From the NCBI GenBank assembly GCA_040755995.1, contig JBFMAF010000044.1:1-64000 (forward strand): a DNA stretch of 64,000 nucleotides, in the 5' to 3' direction. The notes below the pieces were generated by a model that was not told the origin of the DNA, did no database searches, and worked only from the letters and a program-made list of their open reading frames with translations. A program made the translations under genes and the position numbers. This DNA is from Acidobacteriota bacterium (GTDB lineage Bacteria; Acidobacteriota; CAIWXX01). Positions 57,424-64,000 of the stretch are shown piece after piece. Within the stretch, counting starts at the first letter, position 1, and every line of letters begins with the position of its first letter.

Positions 57424-58371
57424 ATGAACAGCCAGCCGGACCTCGGCGCCAGGCCCGGGACGGAGCGACCGCCGCTGCTGTTCGAGATCAAGGGCAACTC
57501 GCTCGATGACGGCCCGGGCATCCGAACGGTCGTCTTCTTCAAGGGCTGCCCGCTCAGGTGCCGGTGGTGCCATAACCCCGAGGGTATGCGCGCAGGTCCC
57601 GAGATTTCGTACGATGCCGGCAAGTGCGCCTCTTGCGATCAGTGTATCGCGCTATGCCCGAAAAAGGCGCTCGCGCGCGACAACCCGCATTTCGTGGACC
57701 GTGAGCGTTGCGATCTCTGCGGCGAGTGCTTCGATCAATGCCCTTCCGGCGCTCTGAGAAAGGTCGGCCTCCCGCTCCCTGTCGAGACCGTCGTTGAATG
57801 GGTGCTAAGCGATAGGCCGTTTTTCGACAACTCCGGTGGAGGCGTGACACTCTCCGGCGGCGAGCCGTGTCTCTACATGCACTACGTCTCGCTCTTGGCT
57901 GCGCAACTCCACGAACACGGTATCCACGTGCTGCTCGAAACCTGCGGCTGGTTCGACTACGAGCGGTTCCGGGAGACTGTCCTGCCCCACCTGGACATGA
58001 TCTACTACGACATCAAGCTCTTTGATAGCGCGCCGCATCGCGAGTACTGCGGCGTTCCCAATTCCCTTGTTCTAGACAACTTCACGCGCTTGCTCAGGGA
58101 CGCGAAGAACGGTCGTCCGTCGATCCTGCCCCGCACGCCACTGGTGCCGGGGATCACGGACACCGAGGCAAACCTGCGCGCAATCGCAGGTTTCCTGAGG
58201 GACCAGGGTGTGAGATTCGCGGCCCTCCTAGCCTACAATCCACTCTGGCCGGAGAAGAGCCGCAGCCTCGGCACCGAGCCCGGCCGGAGTCTGGCCGCGG
58301 CGAAGTTCATGAGTCGCGACGAGATCGAACGCTGCAGGCGCATCTTCGCCGCCGCCGGCGTCGAGACGTGA
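57424..58371 (+). CDS. Glycyl radical enzyme activating enzyme
   Basis: DGPGIRTVVFFKGCPLRCRWCHNPE; two CxxCxxCxxxCP ferredoxin motifs; GGGVTLSGGEP. Confidence 0.95.
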   Translation: MNSQPDLGARPGTERPPLLFEIKGNSLDDGPGIRTVVFFKGCPLRCRWCHNPEGMRAGPEISYDAGKCASCDQCIALCPKKALARDNPHFVDRERCDLCGECFDQCPSGALRKVGLPLPVETVVEWVLSDRPFFDNSGGGVTLSGGEPCLYMHYVSLLAAQLHEHGIHVLLETCGWFDYERFRETVLPHLDMIYYDIKLFDSAPHREYCGVPNSLVLDNFTRLLRDAKNGRPSILPRTPLVPGITDTEANLRAIAGFLRDQGVRFAALLAYNPLWPEKSRSLGTEPGRSLAAAKFMSRDEIERCRRIFAAAGVET

Positions 58372-58430
58372 GCGAGCCGCGGGACGGGCGCGGGTCCGGC
58401 GGTAGTAGCGGTTCTCCTCCGCGCTTCGGG

Positions 58431-58964
58431 CTACTCGTCCATCTTGTACACGTCGGCTCCGCCGACCGACCGCGCTTCGGTGCGCGTCTTCACCTGGCCG
58501 CCGCAGCTCGGGCAAGTCGTGGTGGCGTCGGTGATTCGGAACTCGGCGCCGCAGTACTCGCAGGTTCGGACGGCGAGCCGAGGCTGGAGGTCGCGGAAGA
58601 CGTAGTACCAGCTGCCCGCCCTCGGCAGGCGCTCGCACAGCCCCTCGGCGCTCATGGTGTCGAGGACGCTCGTCGCGTGGCGTGCGCGGGCTCCGAGTGC
58701 GGCTTCGACATCCGCCCAGGAGATCTCTCCGTTGCGCCGCCGTGCGACTTCCATGATCTCTCCTCGCAGCCGCTCCGGAGACACCGCCTCGGCCTGCTTG
58801 TAAAGCCTCAAACCCACCCCGATGAGAATCGCTCCGGCGGCAAGAAGAAGCAGAGCCACGGTGTAGCGCGCCGCCTGCCCGGCCGCCCCCACCACGAACA
58901 ACAGCCCGAGCGCCACGCTCACGATTCCGACTGGAACCAAGAGAATGCATGCAATCCTCTTCAT
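58431..58964 (-). CDS. Two-TM membrane protein with C-terminal zinc ribbon
   Basis: Two hydrophobic helices; CEYC...CPSC. Confidence 0.7.
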   Translation of the reverse strand: MKRIACILLVPVGIVSVALGLLFVVGAAGQAARYTVALLLLAAGAILIGVGLRLYKQAEAVSPERLRGEIMEVARRRNGEISWADVEAALGARARHATSVLDTMSAEGLCERLPRAGSWYYVFRDLQPRLAVRTCEYCGAEFRITDATTTCPSCGGQVKTRTEARSVGGADVYKMDE

Positions 58965-58998
58965 GATCGCATCAAAGCCCCCAACTCTGCGGCCCCTG

Positions 58999-59367
58999 CT
59001 AGGCTCCCAGCGGCAGCGGACGGACGCGATGGCGGGATTCCTCGACCACAACGATCGCCCCCCGTTCGATCGCCAACGACGAGTCGACCAGCACTTTCCT
59101 AAGTCGGTCGATGACATGATGTGTGCTTGTGTTGTGAAGTCGAAAGATGATTACACTTCGGACCACCCCCGCTGACATGGCGAGGATCTCGCCGAAATCA
59201 AGATCGAACGTAAGCAGGATGCGGGACTCGTCGTATGTCTTCTGGAAGATGGCCACATCGGGAAGTCTCCCTAATTCCTCCTCTCGAAGATGGAGAGCAT
59301 CGTGTCCGTTGGCACGCAGCCAGTCCACCACCCTCTGTGCGACCCCCATGTCGGCGAGGAACCTCAT
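58999..59367 (-). CDS. DUF5615/PIN-like toxin
   Basis: MRFLADMGV, ILLTFDLDFGE. Confidence 0.8.
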   Translation of the reverse strand: MRFLADMGVAQRVVDWLRANGHDALHLREEELGRLPDVAIFQKTYDESRILLTFDLDFGEILAMSAGVVRSVIIFRLHNTSTHHVIDRLRKVLVDSSLAIERGAIVVVEESRHRVRPLPLGA

Positions 59368-59376
59368 TGGGCGCGC

Positions 59377-59592
59377 TCAGGCCGAGTGGACTTCCTCTTG
59401 CGCGAGCCAGGCTGCGTACTCGAGAGCCTGTCGAATATCGTCGGATTCAAGGTCTGGATAGTCAGCGAGCACCTCATCCACGCTCGCGCCATGTGCAACC
59501 TGTCCGACGATCACCGAGACGGGAATCCGCATCCCACGGATGCAGGCACGACCTCCGAGGATCTGGGGATCAAACGTTATTCGGTCGAACAT
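59377..59592 (-). CDS. DUF433 antitoxin
   Basis: DPQILGGRACIRGMRIPV...DYPDL. Confidence 0.88.
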   Translation of the reverse strand: MFDRITFDPQILGGRACIRGMRIPVSVIVGQVAHGASVDEVLADYPDLESDDIRQALEYAAWLAQEEVHSA

Positions 59593-59712
59593 GCGCTCCT
59601 CTCCTGAGAGAAACGACCTCACATCTTCATACTCCGGCATGGATCGAAAGGCAAGACCCCGTCCCTCCCTCCCTCGTCCTGTCCCTTTCGCCTTTCCCCT
59701 TTTCCCTCTCGC

Positions 59713-60960
59713 TCATCCCCACTGCGCCTTGGCTTGCAGCGACAGCTCTTGGCCCATCGTCTCGAAGTACAACTTGATGTTGTCCGCGGTGAAGACATTC
59801 TGGGTGAGGGCCGCCACCTGTGAGGCGAAATCCTGAGGGTGGAGTGACAGATCTTTAGAAACCGCGTCCCTTAGCTGGTCGAAGTGCCGTCCGTACTGCA
59901 TGCTCCGGTCGGGCACCTCGATCTGCAGTTTGGCCAGCGGGTACCGCTTCTCGTTCTCGATCATCTTGGTGACGCTCTCCATGAAGGCATCCATGCCGGT
60001 CTTGAGCCCGCGCACCAGGCCGATGATCTCCTGGCACGCCTTCATGCCGTCGGCGAAACGGCGGTGATGCAGATTCAGTTGAGCCATCTCGTCGATGCTA
60101 CCCTCGAGATCCGGCCGATCCGGTGTCAGGCGCATGGCGCAGATGTGGCAGAAATGGTTGGATGCCGGGTTGGGAGACGCGCAGCGCGGGCAGGCCGGGT
60201 CGCCGGGTTTCGGCGGTGGAGGCATCGTCGCCTTCTCGAACAGCACCCGCTCCAGCGAGCTGCGCGCTATCACCTGCGATCGGGATTGCTCAAGGTAGTC
60301 TATCTTCGCCTGCACGGCCGCCGCATCGCTCTCGAGCTTCACCCATTCGCCTCGCAGCTCCCGCTCCCGCTCGACACCTTCCGCCTCCGTTTCCTTCCAG
60401 CGCGTTCGCAACGCGTCGATTCGCGCAGCCACGTCGCCCTGTTCCCTGTCCAGCCTCTTCCGCTCGGCTGCCAGCGCCCGCATCCGGAACAGGTTCGAGA
60501 AGAAACCGAATCCGCGGCCCATCTGGCGGATCCGATCGTTGTACCCGCGGATCTGCTCCAGGAGCTTCACGCTGCGAATCTTCAGAGCCTCCTCCTCGGC
60601 ATCCAGCGACGTATTCTTCCGGCGCACCAGCTTCTCCAGCTCCAGCGATCGCCTCCGCCGCTCCTCGGCCTCCTTCGCCAGAGACGCGTGACGTTCCTGA
60701 ATCCGGGCCAACTCCTGATCGAACTCCTTCGTCGCCGCCGCCTCGGCAGAGGTCAGGGCTGCGTCAAGCCATCCGGGCAATGCAGCCCGGCCGGCCCGCA
60801 CATGCCCGTCCAGTTGCCCCAACTCCGCCTCCCTCACCCGCGCGACTTCGCTGAAGAACGACTCGTACTTCGTCTGCAGCGCGCAGAGCTTCTCCTCAGC
60901 CCCCTTGAGCGCATCCCGGCGGCCTGCGAGGTATTTCTCGAAATCACTGAGACGCCCCAT
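59713..60960 (-). CDS. Coiled-coil protein with internal zinc ribbon
   Basis: Long charged heptad-rich region; CPRC...FCHIC. Confidence 0.7.
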   Translation of the reverse strand: MGRLSDFEKYLAGRRDALKGAEEKLCALQTKYESFFSEVARVREAELGQLDGHVRAGRAALPGWLDAALTSAEAAATKEFDQELARIQERHASLAKEAEERRRRSLELEKLVRRKNTSLDAEEEALKIRSVKLLEQIRGYNDRIRQMGRGFGFFSNLFRMRALAAERKRLDREQGDVAARIDALRTRWKETEAEGVERERELRGEWVKLESDAAAVQAKIDYLEQSRSQVIARSSLERVLFEKATMPPPPKPGDPACPRCASPNPASNHFCHICAMRLTPDRPDLEGSIDEMAQLNLHHRRFADGMKACQEIIGLVRGLKTGMDAFMESVTKMIENEKRYPLAKLQIEVPDRSMQYGRHFDQLRDAVSKDLSLHPQDFASQVAALTQNVFTADNIKLYFETMGQELSLQAKAQWG

Positions 60961-60968
60961 TTCTGCGT

Positions 60969-62642
60969 TCACCTGCTCATGTGGGTTACGGTTGGCTGTT
61001 CGTCTTGCATGGGTAAGGCACGGGCATCCGACGCGGAGACACGGGGACGCGGGGATACGGTGAAACCGACCCCGTAGCTCCTCCCGCGCTTGCGCAGCCG
61101 CTCCCAGCTCGCGCGCGCGCGTGTATCCCCGGCGCCGGCCCGCGGGATCTCGCCAAAACCCCCGGCCACGTCCCAGTATAGCGGGCATGCACCCGCGCAC
61201 ACATCCACGTCAGCGCACTCCGTGCATGCCGGCGGCACGTACAGTCTCTTCTTCCAGTACTCCGCGGCCCGGCCGCGCCGGATACTTTCGTACGAGTGCG
61301 TCAGCAGAGACCCGATCCCCTGCGCGAAAGACGAGCACGGCAGCACCTCACCGTCGGGCGCCACCGAAAGTATTCCGCTGACGCATGCGCAGGACTTCGC
61401 ACCGAGCCCGTGCAGGACGGGATTGAAGATGCAGTAGGGGATCGGCGAGTACCACACAAGGCGCACCGATTCGCTGCGAGCCGTGTCCAGCAGTGCCGGC
61501 AGTCTCCTGCCCACCTCCGTGTAGCTCACTTCCATGTCGTCCCTGCTCAACGCAGTGCCGGTGCGGATCACCATGTTCATGGAGATGGTGCCCAAGCCGA
61601 GGTCGCGGCCGGCGAACCGGATGAGATCGTGCGCGGCATCGAGGTTCGCGGCGCAGAGCGTGCTGTTCGTGTGCACATGAATCCCGAGTCGCTGGAAGTG
61701 GCGAATGCCCGCTACGGTCTGTTCGAAGGCCCCCTCGCGCCCCACGATTCGATCGTGGACTTGGGCGCAGCCGGCTTCCAACGAGACTTGGGCCGATGCC
61801 AGTCCGGAATCTGAGAGTAGCCGGGTGTAGGAAAGATCCGCGGCGCGCACACCGTTGGTGATGAGGTTCACCCTGAAGCCGAGCGAAGCGCCGTAGGCGA
61901 TCAGCTCCGGCAGCTCCGGCCGCAACGTGGCCTCCCCACCCGTGAAGCTCAGCGACGGCACATGAGCCTCGTGGAAAATGCGATCCATCACACGCTCCAC
62001 CTCGTCCACCGACATCATCCGATGCTCGCGCGCCCTCAGAGGGCTGGCAGCGTAGCAGAAGGCGCATCGGTTCTGGCAGCCGTAGGTGAGCGCGATCTCG
62101 GCGAGCGTTGGATACCGCACCATGGCGGGCGTGAACGAGCCGAGCCGCAGGTTTGGCGACGGCGAGAAATCCTCGTGAAGTATCCGCCGCAGGGTCTGGA
62201 CGAGCCCATCCGCGTCGGTCACAAGCTGCTCCGCCGGCACACCCACCTCTGATGAGAGCGCGCACAGGACCTCCGCTGCCGGCCGCCCCTCGCGATTGTA
62301 CAGCGCAGCCAGGATCTTGACCGCCGAGTCGTTCAGACCGAGGGTCTTGTCGGGGCGTATCATCAGCAAGCGGTCGACCTGCCGCACGAAGATCGCAGCC
62401 CGAGTCGACTCTACGAACCGATCGATCTCTGAAAGGAGAGGGTGGGTCGATTCGGTCTCGATTGTGGCGTCTTCGGGTCTGCGGCGATTCGAATCCGACG
62501 CGGTGGCGCGGTGACGCGGTGACGCGGAGAGGTCCTCGCACAAATCACCGTGTCTTGGTGTCTCCGCCTCCCCGATTCCCCGATTCCCCGATTCTCCGTT
62601 TCGGATGCGAATCCCCACGCGGCTGCCGATCCCATTCAGCAT
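60969..62642 (-). CDS. Radical SAM/SPASM enzyme with N-terminal RRE-like domain (start uncertain)
   Basis: LGLNDSAVKIL RRE-like motif; CQNRCAFC; TGGE; SCAC...VAPDGEVLPC and CTEC..VCAGACP. Confidence 0.88.
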   Translation of the reverse strand: MLNGIGSRVGIRIRNGESGNRGIGEAETPRHGDLCEDLSASPRHRATASDSNRRRPEDATIETESTHPLLSEIDRFVESTRAAIFVRQVDRLLMIRPDKTLGLNDSAVKILAALYNREGRPAAEVLCALSSEVGVPAEQLVTDADGLVQTLRRILHEDFSPSPNLRLGSFTPAMVRYPTLAEIALTYGCQNRCAFCYAASPLRAREHRMMSVDEVERVMDRIFHEAHVPSLSFTGGEATLRPELPELIAYGASLGFRVNLITNGVRAADLSYTRLLSDSGLASAQVSLEAGCAQVHDRIVGREGAFEQTVAGIRHFQRLGIHVHTNSTLCAANLDAAHDLIRFAGRDLGLGTISMNMVIRTGTALSRDDMEVSYTEVGRRLPALLDTARSESVRLVWYSPIPYCIFNPVLHGLGAKSCACVSGILSVAPDGEVLPCSSFAQGIGSLLTHSYESIRRGRAAEYWKKRLYVPPACTECADVDVCAGACPLYWDVAGGFGEIPRAGAGDTRARASWERLRKRGRSYGVGFTVSPRPRVSASDARALPMQDEQPTVTHMSR

Positions 62643-62664
62643 TCCTGACAGCACCGCGCGACCT

Positions 62665-64000
62665 CTAGAAGCTGCCGGCGCACGAAGAGTGGCACGCCGA
62701 GTGGCACGCGGAATGACAGGCACAGGCCGAATGGCATGCCGAGTGGCACGCAGAGTGACAGGCCGAGTGGCATGCGGAGTGACATGCTGAATGGCACGCG
62801 TCGTAACCCGCCGCGATCGACCCTGCTATGGCGGGTGCCAGCGGGCCGCCAGCGGCGGCCAGCTTGCGGGAGTCCCCATCGAAGTTGAACAGGCCCTCCA
62901 GCCGGTCGACTGTCGCGCGCGCTCCGCTCTCCACCGACTCCACCACCCCCTGCGCGAACTCCTGCACGCGCTCGACCGCACCCGTGAGCGTTCGGACTTC
63001 GCGCGACGCGCCGAGTACCGAGAGAGGGGAGTCGAGCGCCGCGTTCGTCCCGATGGGCTCGAAGCTCCGGTTCAGATTGGAGAAGAAGCTGTCGTGGAGG
63101 TAGAGGGTCGTGTAGTGCGTATCGAAGTAGGATCGCTGGTCACGCGATGAGAGCCGCCGGAGCTCATCCCAGGCCGAGTCGGCGGATCGGCGCTGCGCAT
63201 CGGCCGTGGCCTTCATGTCGGCTCTCCAGATCTTCGGCTGCATGCTCTTGGCAATCGCAGCGAGTATGGCCTGCACGCCTTCGCGCAGCAGTGTGCCTTC
63301 TTTGGTGACGTGCGTGAGCAGCGCCTTCTCCGGGTCGCTCTGGAACCTGCCCGAATCTAGCACCTCGACCTGCAGCGGATTCCTGCTCAGGATGCGCAGT
63401 GCGCCTCTCGCCTGAAGGCCCATGACCAACAGGTTGATCGCCTTGATCGGGCGATCGATGAGCATCGCGGCCTCGACAGGTTCCAGTTCCGGTATGAAGC
63501 CCTCCTTCTGGAAAGTAGCGACGGTGATCTCCGGCGAGACGTACGCCGGCGCCTTCTTCTTCATGTAGGTAGCCAGGTAGGGGTGGAGGCGCAAGATCCA
63601 GACCAGCACTGCAAGCACTCCGCTGATCAGCAGCCAGGCTGCGCGGAACGGCACGAGCACGGCGGTCCATCCGAAGAGAGTGCCCTTGGTGGGATGCAGC
63701 CATCGGAACTTGCCGGCGGGCAGGAGCATGTCTCTGCACAGACGTGTGCCGGCGATCTTGTCGACGATGGCGAGCGGCCACCCGATCGTGATCAGCCAGA
63801 GAAGCAGCAACATCCAGTTCAGGAAGAAGGTCACGATCACCCAGGCGAGCAAGACTCCCGCGAACTCCGCCGCCTCCTCGTTGTCTCGCTGCGTCAGCTC
63901 GCCGTGGACCAGTCGCGCCAGAAAGAGGCGCACGCTCATAAAGAACGGCACGGGCAGGTTCATCGGCTCGGCAGGCAGCCAGGCAGAGAGTCGCAGAGGC
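62665..64000 (-). CDS. Membrane protein (5' end probably beyond window) with C-terminal (ACHS)n Cys/His repeat
   Basis: TM helices; frame open to the window edge; tail D(ACHS)6AC(ACHS)3SCAGSF. Confidence 0.85.
   Translation of the reverse strand, partial: PLRLSAWLPAEPMNLPVPFFMSVRLFLARLVHGELTQRDNEEAAEFAGVLLAWVIVTFFLNWMLLLLWLITIGWPLAIVDKIAGTRLCRDMLLPAGKFRWLHPTKGTLFGWTAVLVPFRAAWLLISGVLAVLVWILRLHPYLATYMKKKAPAYVSPEITVATFQKEGFIPELEPVEAAMLIDRPIKAINLLVMGLQARGALRILSRNPLQVEVLDSGRFQSDPEKALLTHVTKEGTLLREGVQAILAAIAKSMQPKIWRADMKATADAQRRSADSAWDELRRLSSRDQRSYFDTHYTTLYLHDSFFSNLNRSFEPIGTNAALDSPLSVLGASREVRTLTGAVERVQEFAQGVVESVESGARATVDRLEGLFNFDGDSRKLAAAGGPLAPAIAGSIAAGYDACHSACHSACHSACHSACHSACHSACACHSACHSACHSSCAGSF

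Noticed and set aside
55452..57623. Long antisense ORFs (e.g. 55452-57623, 18640-20337, 3273-4643, 59884-61077)
   Set aside because: Shadow frames opposite well-supported genes in high-GC DNA, with no motifs
53130..58371. PQQ biosynthesis (from the PqqD-like gene) or pyruvate formate-lyase (from the GRE)
   Set aside because: No pqqA/B/C genes are present; the GRE has a single-Cys GCVEP loop rather than the PFL Cys-Cys
62665..62806. His-Xaa-Ser (Hxs) system or simple microsatellite
   Set aside because: The period is four residues (A-C-H-S), not HxS triplets, and the DNA is synonymously diversified rather than a perfect repeat

Overview
High-GC bacterial chromosomal window, densely coding, with no rRNA, tRNA, CRISPR array, integrase or transposase recognised. 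The gene mix (Ser/Thr kinases, FHA-bEBP, ECF/zinc anti-sigma, glycyl radical enzyme) suggests an anaerobic or facultative Acidobacteriota- or delta-proteobacteria-like organism; that assignment is inference only. Ordinary content: PLP decarboxylase, MacAB-type ABC exporter, TlpA, methylmalonyl-CoA decarboxylase, Lgt, a DHH phosphoesterase, a GH99-like hydrolase, TrpF-like and S4 proteins, and four toxin-antitoxin pairs. Highlights: (1) 58.4-64 kb, a membrane protein with a codon-diversified (ACHS)n Cys/His tail directly upstream of an RRE-like/radical SAM/SPASM enzyme and two zinc-ribbon proteins, a candidate RiPP-like modification system acting on a large membrane protein. (2) 45-54 kb, a split RiPP-like cassette: S26 peptidase with Cys at the catalytic Ser position, PqqD/RRE, gingipain-like C25 protein, YxxP precursor, rSAM/SPASM and HPr-kinase-like ATPase. 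(3) A small gene with five LPWVG[R/K/Q]T repeats, two lying in frame beyond an amber codon. (4) A glycyl radical enzyme with an SCP2-like N-terminal domain. (5) Interleaved diverged duplications of two gene 3' ends that created a chimeric gene. All family assignments come from motif recognition by eye; no database search was run.
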